Positions 1 to 13,700 of a stretch of 64,000 bases of DNA are shown piece after piece. This stretch comes from Daphnia carinata (taxonomy: Eukaryota), in contig NC_081333.1 in assembly GCF_022539665.2 (NCBI RefSeq), positions 3,906,001 through 3,970,000 of the forward strand, read 5' to 3'. Below the pieces are notes generated by a model that made no database searches, had not been told where the DNA came from, and saw only the letters and a list, made by a program, of their open reading frames with translations. How positions within the stretch are numbered: the first letter of the stretch is position 1; each line of letters starts with the position of its first letter. The translations under genes and the position numbers were made by a program.

Positions 1-781
1 CTCTACTATAAACGCCGCGATGGCTGAATTAAGCACCTGTTTACAAAACACAATTATCCCATGGAGATATGAAAAATATTATCTCTTTATTTCGTTTTTT
101 GTTACCTCGGCGGTGACACCAGCCTCTTCTAGTCGCATTTTTTCTTTTTGAGACTTGACCCACTGGGCTCGCATTTGTAAAAGGCGTGGTAAGACACGTG
201 TCTCTTCGCCGCAGCGGATATCCGGATGGGCGTCCAGCAAGACACGGGCCAAAGTGGTTCCCGATCGAGGCATTCCTCCGATGAAGATCATCGGCTCCAT
301 TCGGTCGTAGCTGTACGTCCGCTTTTCGGCGTCCACAACGATGTGCTGTAACAGAGGCTGCTTCGTTTTTGTTGTGTCCATATTTTGTTTGTGTGCAGGA
401 TTGTGTTTTAAAGGGAAAAGAGCGTGCGAGGGAGAGGTGGAAGAGCCAGATGGGTGAACGTAGGAGAAGGAAGTTAAATTTGTTATATATAAGCCTCCAC
501 CAGAAAGGTTAATTTTTCAATCACAGATGGTGAAAGTTGATTGGTAAAATGAATAACCATACCTGACCCCCAAATGGAGTTGAGTTGCATGGCCTCTTCC
601 ATATTTGGAATACCATTATAAGGATGAGAATAGGTATCCCATAGATTAGTATACGCTTTACTCCTACTCCACGTGTGAACACCATTGTGAGGAACCTTTT
701 TTTCAGACCTAAAGGTGCTTGATGAGAGAAGGAGAACTGAGCCTTCTTACGCTGGTGGTTGGAGACAAATGGCCACTTCAT
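1..781 (-). CDS. TPST: Protein-tyrosine sulfotransferase, 5' exons; runs off window start
   Basis: TM anchor exon 563-781, then PAPS-binding IFIGGMPRSGTTL and LDAHPDIRCGEETRVLPR; GT-AG introns. Confidence 0.9.
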
Positions 782-1524
782 ATCATTTCTAAAAGATCTA
801 GAAGGGTAAACATCATCAGAACAAGATTATCACTGACTGCCTTCTGAGTTGCCCTTTCCTTAGCAATTTGTAGAAGGAACACACATCGGTTAAGAGATGG
901 ATAAGATAACTATTGTGAGCAGAATATGGCTGCCCATGAATAGTAGTTTGCACAGAAAACTCTACACTTTACGATTTGCCGTAATACTGATCACTTAATG
1001 AAATTTTATAATAAGCAAAACATGTCGAGATGATAGTTCGAACAGACAAGTTTAGTGATCGATAGAAATGATAAGGAAAATTGTTTGCTTTAATGCATTC
1101 GATTATTTTTCAAATAAACGTTACTAACAGAGGACATAAATGGTACCAAAACTAGAAGTGAGTTTCTTACCCTTCTGAAGAACAAGAATAAATACAGGTT
1201 ATTTATATTTTTTTTAGAATAAGGAAATAACCATCCAAATGTCTACATATCCAACGAGTTTCTACTGCTTGCCACGCAAGAATCACAAATCCCTCGTTTA
1301 CGTCACTGGCTAGATTCAAGTTAACCGATTAACTTACCTCGTTGCCACAGCTACGTTGATAGCAGGCGAACAAAACAGACGTAGCAGACTAGCAGCTAGT
1401 AGGAGGGAGCGAGGGACGAAAGCCAACAAATACTTTCCACGTGAGAATTTTTGCATATTTGGGCACAGTGAGTGCGTTAATCTTTAGAACTTGCAAGAGC
1501 TTTGGATGGAAATCCTGTTCAAAA

Positions 1525-4260
1525 ATGAAATACGGTTGGTTTATTATAAAGCGTTGTAGGAGTTGTTTTGGGTCTCAAGGGCCTACACGGATTATTAGAA
1601 GTGAAAGATTGTTCAGTTCCAATACTGATGACAGCAGACATTATGATGTCATTGTTGTTGGGGGAGGTCACGCTGGAACTGAGGCTTGCGCTGCAGCAGC
1701 GAGAATGGGATGCAAAACATTATTACTCACACATAAACTGGAGACAATTGGTAATCATCTCACAGTCAATATGATTTAAACCAAAATTAGAAAATTATTA
1801 TTTGTATTAGGGGAGATGTCATGCAATCCATCGTTTGGTGGAATTGGGAAAGGACACCTGGTATTTGAAATATTATTTATGATTTTATACATTAAAAGTA
1901 TTCTTGCGTAAGCAAAGGTGTTTTTTTTTTAGATGAGAGAAGTTGATGCCTTAGATGGGGTCTGTGGAAGAATCTGTGATTTATCTGGAATCCAGTACAA
2001 GGTAAGTTATGCCACAAAATAGTGCCATGTAAGGTTGCAGCAAAATTAGTAGTACATTAAATGTTTTTAGGTGCTAAACAGGAGAAAGGGGCCTGCCGTT
2101 TGGGGCCCACGGGCACAAATCGATCGCGAGCTCTACAAAAAACATTTGCAAGCAGAGTTGTTCCGGACTCCCAATCTTGAAATAAGAGCCGCAGCAGTAG
2201 AAGATTTAATTGTTGAGAAAAAGGATGGCCAGGAAACCTGTAGGGGTGTTTTTCTAGGTATTTTCTGAATATGGTCTCCTTCTAAACTGAATTTCCAATG
2301 TCTTTGTTTATATTGTTTCAGCTGACAATACGAAAATATCCAGTCGATCGGTAGTGATCACAACCGGCACATTTCTTCGTGGTCAAATCAACATAGGACT
2401 GGAAACTTACCCGGCTGGTAGGATGGGAGACAAACCGGCAATCGGTCTATCCCACACGCTAGAGCGATTGCAGTTTAAGCTTGGTAGGCTGAAAACTGGA
2501 ACTCCACCTCGTTTGGATGGTCGGACAATTGACTATTCCGTTTGCTCCGTCCAAGAAGGAGATGACCCACCGGCACCTTTCTCATTCATGAATGAACGAG
2601 TATGGATTGAGGTAATTCATTTTAATATAAGCTTTAATGAAAGTGTTTTAATTGAAATGGTATTCGGAAATACGCAATAGGCTAAAGATCAAGTCAAGTG
2701 CCACATTACCCATACTTCCCCAGAAATGGAACGTATTATCTTAGATAACCTTCACTTGGATCGTCACGTCCAAGAAGAAACGCGTGGACCACGCTACTGC
2801 CCCTCTATCGAATCAAAAATGTTGAGGTTTGTTTTTCGGTTTTTACAGTTTTACAGCACTATACAGCCTGTTACTGGTATAGGTTTGGCGGAAGACGGCA
2901 TCAAATATGGTTGGAGCCCGAAGGTCTTAATAACAATGTCGTGTACCCGAACGGACTCTCGTGTACTCTCCCAGCGGATTTACAATTCCAAATGTTAAGA
3001 ACTATCCCTGGATTAGAGAAAGTTGAGATGATTCGGCCAGGCTACGGTGTTGAGTATGACTACATTGACCCTCGGCAAATTCGAAAAACATTAGAGACCA
3101 AACCAGTAAAAGGACTATTTTTTGCTGGCCAAATCAATGGAACTACGGGCTATGAGGAAGCGGCTGCGCAGGGGATTGTTGCGGGAATTAATGCAGGTCT
3201 CAAAGTAAATAAAAACAAAGCATATTGATAGTAGTGTATAGAAACCACTTTAATCGTAATGCTTGTAAACAGGTTAAAGAGCAACCTAGCTTCACAATAG
3301 ATCGAACGGAAGGCTATATTGGTGTTCTTATCGATGACTTGACTCGAATAGGTGCACCAGAACCTTATCGAATGTTTACGTCACGAGCTGAATTTAGACT
3401 TTCCTTACGTCCGGATAATGCAGATTTCCGCTTAACCGAAAAAGCTTTTCCAACTGGATGTGTGTCCAGGGATCGGTATCTAATTCATTTTCGAATTTTA
3501 GTTGTTACGGTTGTCTCCAATCTAAAACAATGATTCAGATATGACCGGTGTGTGAAAATACGATTAGCACGTGATAATGCAGTGGCCCTTTTGAAATCAA
3601 TTGAAAACCCACTTAGCACCTGGCGTAAGCTGCTTTCTCTTCCTGCTACAAAAACATCGACCCGTCGAAAGTACCTGGCATGACAAATTAAATTCTCCCT
3701 TACGTTTTACATAACATGCTTCTTTATTTCAGTGCATTTGACCTTCTGTCTTTGTCATGGCCGCTGGACGGAGATAACGGCGTTACTGTGGCACTTATAG
3801 ATTCTATTTTGGGAGATGGCAAACTGACTCATCTGACATCCGATCTGCAACTGTGTCAAAGGCTCAAGATCGAATCACTGTATGCGGATGCCATTGGTGA
3901 TCAAGAGGAAGACGCCGTACAAATCCGAAACGAAGAAGCTCTGGCTATACCCGATGACATTGATTATTCAGAGTACAAGAACGTATAAAATTCTTATAAT
4001 TCCAATCAAACCATTTTTATATTCTTAGGAGTTCAATGTCTTTGTCGAACGAGGAAAGAAGCAAACTCATCGAAGCACGCCCACTAACGGTAAAGTGTTC
4101 GACGCCTTTTGACCTCCAATGCAAACCAAGTCTAATTTTCCCTGATTGCCTAACATAGATTGGTGCAGCCTCGCGAATTTCAGGAGTTACGCCCGCTGCC
4201 ATTCTTACAATCTTACAGTATCTCAACCGAAGGAAGCGCTCCGCGGTAATATATTCTTGA
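1525..4260 (+). CDS. MTO1: Mitochondrial tRNA modification protein MTO1 (GidA/MnmG family), multi-exon
   Basis: [81 protein letters not shown] 4258-4260. Confidence 0.95.
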
Positions 4261-4365
4261 TCAAGATAATGACTGAAAATGCTTTGTAATGAACCTTTAG
4301 GAAATAATAAAAAGAGGAGGAGCCATCACAGTGTAAAATATAGAAATTTTTCGTTATAAAGTTAT

Positions 4366-5392
4366 TTAGCGCTGAGAGTAGAGGAGCAAGAGAATACATC
4401 CGAAGCCAATGACACTTCCTAAAATGATGGCATCCCTTCTTTTCCGGAAGTTAATGCGCTGTACTACGCTATTGATGACAGGAAAACGAGAAGCCAAATC
4501 ATTGACGCGAGCCTGCATGCGCTTCAGGTTTCCGCGTTGGTTCGTTATGTGTTCTTTGGTCTCGATGGCGATATTGATTTGATCATCCACCATTCTATCA
4601 GAGCTAAATTTGACGTAAAATTAAATGATGATTAGATCAGCTAATTATTTGAAGACTCTGATTCAATACCTTCTCAAGTGTTCATTTTCTTTTAGATACA
4701 GGTCAGTACGCCTGTTTCTTCCACTGTCATTTTTATAGGCACTGCAGAAGACAGGAATTGTCAGCTATAATTTAGGCAGTTTCATTTCTGGGTTTCTTAC
4801 TCTATGTCTCGTCTGACACTTCCCAGCAAATCTTCTCTCTCCTTTTTTGATAACAAATGAGATGATGTCTTCTGGAACTCAGTTGTGTAGTCTTGCAATA
4901 TGTCACGGTGTCGCTGTAGAGTGTGTTGCAAAGCTGCACTTGGGGCTTGCGAGGCAGATACTTCAGTCATTTGGGAGTTGATCTCTGTTAACTATGAGAA
5001 GACAATTTGTTAACAGATTATGGTAAAGGTTATGGTGTATATTTTCATAATCACCTTGCTGAGAAGTTGTTGGATTTCACTTGAGACTGATTCAAAGGCA
5101 AAATTTTCTCCAAGCAGATGAGCTGATTCTCTTAATGTTTAAATCAGAATAGCTTCACATCTATGTTTCGTTACAATTCACCCCTTGCTTACCCATTGGA
5201 TTTAGATGAGTTGTTGAAAGGTGTTGACCCTAATCCCAATTTGCTAAAACTGACCAACTTTGCATCAATTTCATTTTCCAACTGTCGCGCTTGCTTTCGT
5301 AAATCTATTTTCGACGTAAAATGATTTATCTGAAAATTAATACGGCTTAAACAAGTTTATTTACCTTCCCACGAAAAAGTTCCTCTTGTCAT
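4366..5392 (-). CDS. GOSR1: Golgi SNAP receptor complex member 1 (GOS-28)
   Basis: Spliced N-terminus WEDLRKQARQLENEIDAKLVSFSKLG; LQRHRDILQDY; C-terminal RFPVINS..RKRRDAIILG plus TM helix. Confidence 0.92.
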
Positions 5393-5756
5393 ATTGATGA
5401 CGTTGGCTGCCTCCGTTGTCTCCAGTCTGACTCCGTTTTACGTACCACAATGCGATTGGATTGAACTTTAAACAGCTAAATCCACTGCGAATCAACGTAC
5501 CTTAAATCTGAAGGTTTGGTGACGAAATTACTCCAAAATACTACTGATGAACAAGTCTGATAACATTTATGTATCTACGGACTACTGTCACTGTCAGCCT
5601 GCCACTTTACGACGACGTATTCCCAGCTCCAGGAGTTCATTCAATACTATTTGACAACGTTGTAGGTAGTAAAAGGGTTTGAAATGAAATAACCGTTTGA
5701 CAAACCGCATCATCATCCATAATTGACCCCCTCCAATAGCTAGTTATTAATCGAAA

Positions 5757-6695
5757 ATGGCATCAAGTTTAAAAAGTTTATCACAAATTTGGCATAAGGA
5801 TCCAACGTCAAACGTTAATGTTGAAGATATTAGTAATACATCTGCTGTTCATGGCAGTGGTAGCAGGCGTCAACTGTCTAGACAATTCAAAAGTGTTTCG
5901 GATACAACGAGGAGCCAAGAACAACCTACAAGGAAAATGCTTTTGCGAGGACGTGGGGTGCTTTCCTCCATAAGTAATCTCAATGTAGCTAATGTGCCCA
6001 AGGAAACTCGCAAACTCATCCAAGCTGGTGCTGATAAAGTGAACCAAACATTAAATGGTGTTCGGAGCACTTTTGATACTTGGTCTCAGGTAGAAAATGT
6101 TCTTGTTCTTTTTATAATGTTTGTACAACTTTTTTGTTAAAATTTAGAAGCTCAAAAATAATCCAACTAGACGTAGACAAAGACTAGTTAACAGTTCCCC
6201 TTACACACCAGGAAGAGGAAAAGATACACCAAAATCAAAACAGTTATTAGGAAGGACCCCTACTAAGCTTTACAGGTTGGTCTGATTGTTTCAAAGGTTT
6301 AGAGATTCGTAAGCCTAATTGAAGTCTTTCATCACTTGCCCCATAGCCCTTTTGGCATTGAGACACCATCTGATCGACGCCAGCGAAATCATCAGAATTT
6401 TTATGGAAAGCCCGGCACGTATACCCCCACGCGAGCCGGCAGCAATAAGCGTTCTGGCAGCAGCATCGTTTCGGGACCCGCCTTTAATGCTGTTTCCGTG
6501 TACAGCCCGACCCAGGTATATCCAAGCTACCTGCCCACAAAAGCGATTGATCATCATCTTCTCTCCATTTCTCATCCACAGGCTTTCCCGAAGGATGTTC
6601 AGCACGTTCGCCAAGGTGTAGAAGATTTCAACCGGGCAGCTGAGGGCGTAGTGCGTCGCTCTCTGAGACAGCAGATGTCCACCGCCCACCTATAA
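5757..6695 (+). CDS. Uncharacterised basic, S/T-P-rich protein (3 exons: 5757-6089, 6148-6275, 6347-6695)
   Basis: Two short GT-AG introns join ORFs in frame (LLGRTPTKLY|SPFGIETPS); no recognised domain. Confidence 0.65.
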
Positions 6696-9600
6696 ACACT
6701 CAGTTATATTGGCTTCTTTTTGTCTTCAAATCTAAAGCTTATTATTTTTTAATATTTTCCACATTCCGTAAACGTCCTCCACTTATACCCAGCTCATTTG
6801 GGAGGCAATTCTTTTCGCAGCACCTTCTCATTGTTTTTGCGAATCATCGACGCAATTTAGTCCCATAGCCCAGCATTACTCAGATCTTTTTTCACTCTTT
6901 CCTTCTTTACAACCAAAGACAATTTCACCAGGAATCTCAAACAAAGCTCCTACAAAAAAAAAACTTTCGTTTTTTTCCACAGACATTTTTTCTTTTGTCG
7001 ACATGGAAAAATAAACAACGTGTTTCTTTTTTTAACTTTGGAATATCAGCTCCATGCAAAAAAGGATTTGTTTATTTTCCACGAAAAAATCCATAGACAA
7101 TGCAGCTTGTTCCAATCAGGCTATGCTTTGAACGACTGTATCACGACAAGATGATGAACTCAGCGAGCCAAACTTGTATGCATAGAAGAGGATCGACAAA
7201 TATAAGAGGATGGAATAGAGCAGCAATAGGACCGCCCGTTATGCTGAAGCATTACGTCACCATGTCAGTGCACCCACTGTTTTCTCTACCTACATGTTGA
7301 TGTTGATTAAACAATGTGCCACAACTAACGCCGACCTGGCTGGCACACGACTTGCATATTGCACCATCCGAGGAAGGAGGAAGAGGAAGAACAGAAAGGC
7401 CTAACAAGCAAAAAGTGACAAAGCAAAACTCTTTACATGTTTAATGCTAACCTGGGCTGAGAAGTTTTTACACAAGAGGCGTTCTTGTTTTATTGTTAAG
7501 TTTTTCTCTTTTCTTTTTTATTTAACCTATTCTTGCTTTATTTTCTTTTTTATATGCCTTGGACAATGAAGTGGGCAGAATCCACTACCAAGTTTTGAGA
7601 TATCATCTGACTTTCAAATAGGTTCTTTATTTTTCCCTTTGTCCAAACAGGTTTGCCTGATAAAATGAGATACTCTGTTAGATATTTAAAGCACATTTTT
7701 ATTTAGAAAAACCAAAACCAACTGGTAATGGGGCAATATGGAATTCAGTACATCGTGCTATGTTGTACGAAAAGAATTAGCCTGGGGGAATAAATATGCA
7801 GAAGACGGAACTGATTGATTAGTGTGGTATGTATTTTATAACCATTAAGCGTCGTTTGGGTCCAGAAAAAGAGTTACTCTTTCACAGCATATTTCCTTAA
7901 TATCGGCCCAAATTAGGAATAGACGGTGGACACGCCTTATGTCCCATTTTCGAATATGGATGCCCTTAGTGCACATATACTAACCCTTTACTACAATCGG
8001 AACGAATACTACATACATACCGAGTAAGGTTAACTAATAAATCCTGCTGTCAAATCAACATTGAATTATTTGTATTGAAACATTTTTATTTTTCTCGTTC
8101 CTTTCTTTGACCGACACGTTGTGTGTGTACGTCGTATTGGCTGGACTGTCTCGTGCCTTTTAAGGTATACGTATGTGTATTTGCTCTCGTGAATATTCAA
8201 AACAGGTGGTTTGAAGCTGGGCCACTATACAGGGCCTATTATGGATAAGGTGTAAAAGAGGTGTATACGCTGGAAGATCAAATGGCCTTGCGGGCTTTTT
8301 TTCTTCGCTTTTCTGACGGTCGTTCGGTTTGGAAACACATGGAGCCTCTGCCGACGTGATATCTCAACAGTCTACCGCCGTCTGTGGCCCCGTCATGTTG
8401 TTAGTCAGACTCATTCCATCAGAGTAAAAACACCGACTACCTGTTAAAAGATCTGGCTGTTACTGGTACCAAAACAACAAACAAGGAAACAAGTGAACTA
8501 GTTTTATCTTGCTGTGCATTTGTTTACCTTTTGTTCAGCCTAGATCACCGAACATCTGCAAGCAGACAACACAACTTCCTAGAATCATCACGCAGTAAGC
8601 CAAGAGCAATTTAAATTTTTTTGAAATTTAGAATTAGTTTTTGGAAAGTTCTTTGTAAAATTAAGGCGGGTCTCTTAGTATGACCTGATTTGGCCGCGAA
8701 ATTGACGTGTTGGCGGGTGTAGTTCGAAATGTCCGCATCAGTGACGACAGGGCGGTGATTCACCCGTACCCTTGGTCAATCACAACATATAGACATGGAT
8801 GGTGATATGAAAAAGATTTAATTTGAAAAAAAAAAACACACACATAGTGAAATGGGCGAAAACTGGTTTTTCAGATCGAGTGTAAACAAGAGTGAACGAG
8901 CGGGTTCTTGTATTCCTTGTTGTTTGTTTAGCTTCCGTAATATCCGCCACGAGATTTTCTCTTTTAACATTTGCCTGTTTGTTTTTTTTGTTAAACACCC
9001 TTCTTTTTTTGGTGAAATAGTTTTTGCCACAACAGTTTGAGACCTCGATGGCCATAAAAGGCCACAAGGTTGATGGCGGTAACATTACAATGCGCTGAGA
9101 CACACGCACTCTAAAAAAGAAGTTTATATTGGACTGTCCAAAAACAACAAAGTTCAACTCAGAAAGGCGTTATAGAGAAAATATATCTTTTTTTTTTACG
9201 ACACGCAACCACACAAAAAGGAGGAATGGACAGTTGTCATGGGATTGACTGTTTTTTCTGTCGCCCCAATTGTCGCATTCCATCGACACCATAATAAGAA
9301 ATCGTGCCCGAGAAAGAAAGAAGGGTGTGTATTACAAAAAAAAAACAACGATACTATCTTATTCTAAAAATTCCACATAGTGACGTCATTCATGGCACCA
9401 ATGGTGGTTACTGAAGCAGGCTCAAATCCAGATTCAACCCCAGGCATATTTCCAATAAAACCATAATTATATTCCACACAAATACGGAACAGTTAATTGA
9501 CCGGAAAGATAGAGATATTTTTTGTCTTTTGCATTCTGCGTGCAGGAGGTATATATTTTGTAACTTGAAAAACCATTTTTTTCTGGATGGATACGGTTGC

Positions 9601-10728
9601 AGCGAGTCATAAAACCAACTTCTTGGTTTCCTTTTCGTTTTTGGACGCAAAATAAAGAAGAATATCTTTTACGAGAAAATGCCACAAGTCGTGGAAATGG
9701 TTTTAGTGTCGATTCCTAAAACGGGTAGCTGATTGCTGAGATCGTAAAAAACACACAGACGTAAACGGAGGCAGAAAACGGGTCAGTCGTTTTAAGGTGT
9801 GAAATGGTCAGGAATGACGATGAAATGTAATTCTTACTCGTTATTTTTTATTAATTTGTATTCGAAAGATAGGGATCGTATGTTACAAGTTAATTCTGTT
9901 TTCCTATATGGCTGCAGACCTGATGTGAGATTTTTACCATTAAATTCGTGAGTATGTGCATGCAAGCTACAACTGCAGGATACATATATATATATATTTT
10001 TTCTCACAACGGAAACACTCGACACTGGCGGGGTGGTTGTTGTTGAATATGTAATTGTATAATGCTACGTCCTCCATCTGTTATCGTAAAACAGGGCGGT
10101 GGTTCAATCAATGGCACGCAATGGCATCGTCCATACGGAAATGTTAATTAGATGTATTCTTTTTTGTTGTTGCTGTTTCCAGCCCACGTTTTTTTTCGAA
10201 AAAGGAAATTACTCAGTTTGATTTGAATTTTTGGCGTCGCGTAGTTTTGCGATCAGTCGTAGGTTTGATGATCTGTCAACCGTGCGCCTTCATCCATTCG
10301 TAAACATTAAATTCGTGTCTGCTATTCAGCAGCGAAGACGGCCAGAGGGCAACTGTCTCCGCGCCAAGATTTCCTGTTCATTTGGCCCCTACTGTGGTCG
10401 TCTAGAGATTACCAAAGAAAGCAAACTAATGCAGTATTTTATCGGTTCTAAGTGAAAGAATTTTTTCAGATTTGTATGGCTATTTAATCTGTAGTCGAGT
10501 GCTTATCGCCTATTTCTTCGTTTGCCTTAAGACGATCTTTAGCACCGTAGTCAAGTAAATCTTTTTTAAATACGACTGTCAAATGTACAATCCACCTCCA
10601 GTGATAAACTTTTCAAAACATTGAGTTTGTAAATTTATTGCCATGGCTATCTATGACCTGTTTTCATTTTCCTTGTGTAGTATCATAAGTTGTATCACTT
10701 TTGTTTTACAGGTGAGTGTCAGTGAGAA

Positions 10729-13700
10729 ATGAGTGCCCCTGCGCCAGCAAAGCCAAGTGGGATAAAGCCCCCAACGACTAGATTGGCTAGGCCATCTGTT
10801 ACGTCGAAACCAGCTTCAAATGGATCCTCAGGTATTGTCATAATTCTTTGCATTCATTCTAGTTGTTCCTCTTGATGGATTGGACAATTGTGAATTGCAG
10901 GAGAGAATATGTCTAGACTGTCCAGTGAAGATTTGCCCAAAAAAAAGACAGGTAATTTAGAAATGTGCAGTTGGTAGTCTACTCCATCCCAATCACCTTC
11001 ACTGTAGAAATTAATTCTTGTTCTTTTCTTTGGTACCTTGAGCATGGCATAATGGTATTTTGCATGTTTATAGCACATTTTTGAGCCCTTGCATGTAGTG
11101 AATCACTGAAACCCATTTTTCTCTCTTGTCATAATGGTTTATGTAGATAGAAATGAGGGGCTTGATGATGGTGACCTTGATCGGGTAAGCGACTTACCGT
11201 CCTTGCCAGGTAGTCGTAAAACGAGCAAGGATATGATGAGAAAACTCTCGGGTATGTCTATTTTATTTTTAGCACAACACTCCCCTTTTCACCGATCCAC
11301 CTAAAATAATATTGACACTTCATAATATCCCTGATTTTCTCATTAGCTTGTCTTTTTGTTTTGTCTTCTTGTCTTTTTTTGTGTTGTCTTGTGTTGTGTA
11401 GGTAGTAACAAGTATGTACCTATGTCTGTGTCCCTGTAGATGGTTCTAGTAGTGCTCTTGATGCGGCTTATGAATTGGCACGTCGGCTGAGCGAAGCCGG
11501 TGTTCGTCGAATGTCAGGTGAATTGTTTTTGTTGTTTTTTAATTAAATAACATTAGTTTGTGGCTTGGGCGTGGTAAACAGTTGGTTTCGTTTCACTTCG
11601 ATGGAATTTCTAGACTTGATGATTGCTTATGTTTAAATTGATTTACAGACGCCAATTTGATCCTGACGACGGACACGGATAGTTTCATTATAGGCCAAAA
11701 CGTCTACGTCAATGGCATCAAGCCGGGGAAAATCCAATTTATTGGCGAAACGAAGTTCGCTCCTGGCGAGTGGGCCGGCATTGTGCTGGATGATCTTTCC
11801 GGCAAAAATGATGGTTCGGTTGGCGGAGTTCGTTATTTCCAGTGCCAGCCGAAAAAAGGTGTTTTCTCACGGTTGGGAAGACTTACCCGTCAACCACTTG
11901 ATGCCATCCAATTGGCCGCTCTTCAGTCTCAGCAGTCGCAACCACCTGCCGCTAGTGAAAACGGAGATGAATCAGTGGCTGGCTCTGCGAGTACTAACGG
12001 TACTAATGGTACTTCGTCTGCATCACCAGGTAATACTGTTTGGATTTTATTTGAAAATTAAGAAATTACTTATAAAATTTTACTTTAATCAAGCGGCGAC
12101 TCCATCAACTTCAGTTGTCAGTGTTCAATCGATTGGCGACCTCCGACTAGGAGATCGAGTGATTGTTACCAGCAGTCAGGGTTCTAAGGCTGGTATACTA
12201 CGCTATCTGGGCACAGCCGAGTTTGCAGCTGGCCAGTGGGCTGGTGTGGAGTTGGACGATCCATTGGGCAAGAACGACGGAGCTGTGGCCGGCACGAGAT
12301 ACTTTGACTGTCAACAGCACTACGGTCTCTTCGCTCCTATACACAAAGTTTCCCGCTCACCGGCCAATCACATGCGACGCACATCAGGTGCCATGAACAC
12401 CTCCATGTCCTCTTCATTGAGCCAGCCAAGGGTTGGTGGAGCATCGCGAACGGGTACGAGAAGAGATTCAGAATCTGCCAGTGTCACTTCGGTTGCGACT
12501 TCACGCGCCAGCACGGCCATCAGCCGGGTAAGGTCCACTATCAACAATCCACGACTGGGCGTCAATTCCCTAACCAATTCACCCACTCACCAATCCAATC
12601 GCCAGGTATTTAGTTAACACCTCATTAACACACGCGCTCATTTCTTTAACGTCTGATTTATCAGAGAATTTACTTTGCATCTTGCACAGTCATCGTTGTT
12701 TGGTATTAACCCGTAGTTTGATTTCGCATTTTGATTTAGTTTACAACTTAGTGCATCTGAATTCTAAAACTAATGACATTTGCATTGTTTGAATTGACCA
12801 TAGAAAACAAGCCGGCCTTCAGTTGGGGGATCAGCACACACTCACCAGGTAAGATTTTGTTTTCTTAATGTTGTCACACGTCTCGCTGCTTTTTATCACT
12901 ACGCTTTTTCACGGTTTCAATGACACTAAAACTCTAATTCTGACTAATAGTGGATTCACAGTGCGAGGCCGTTTTAAACATTTCATTTAGATTTGTGTGT
13001 TGTGAATTGTTTCGGTGGGCGGTGCCATCCCTTGATACGTAACTTTACCCGTCTTAAGCATTTAAAAAAACCAAATCACAACGAGCTTTTTAGGCCTAGA
13101 ATTCGTCTAACACCTTCATGTTTCGTAGATGCGACCAAACATCAACAATTGATGGTCCCTTTTTGATATGATTTTCGTTTCGTTTTTCTTTTTTGTTTCT
13201 TTCCTTTCCCTTTCTACCCTTCCATTCATTAGGGAAGATATGACGAAGATGGCACCGCTGACCCAGATGGTTGTTACTGAGTGACCAAAAGAAAAAAAAT
13301 TCTTAATTATTTTAGATCGGCGCTATTCTTTTTCTAATTTTTCTTTATACATATATTAAAAAGCATTTTTTTTTTCTCACCTGCAGTATATATATATAAT
13401 TATACGTACCCGATTTGTATTTTAGCTCCTTGCATCTTGGTTAATTTAAAATCGCTATCTCGGATTGGCTTTTTTGGATTGTTTTTAGTTTTCTGGTTTC
13501 TTTTGTATCAGTTGCGAAACGGTAGTTTTATTGTTGATCGTATAACTTTAACCGCCCTCATATAGCGTGATTTCGACAGTAGACGGTTCGATTTTGCTGC
13601 TATTTAGCCTAAAAAGAATAGAAATAAAACGCGCGAAAACACACGAAATGATTTTAATTTAATTGAATGACGACCGGTAATTTCGGGTGGGCACGCAACA

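Noticed and set aside
7000..10700. Short ORFs upstream of CLIP
   Set aside because: No homology signal; more likely 5' UTR introns and regulatory DNA
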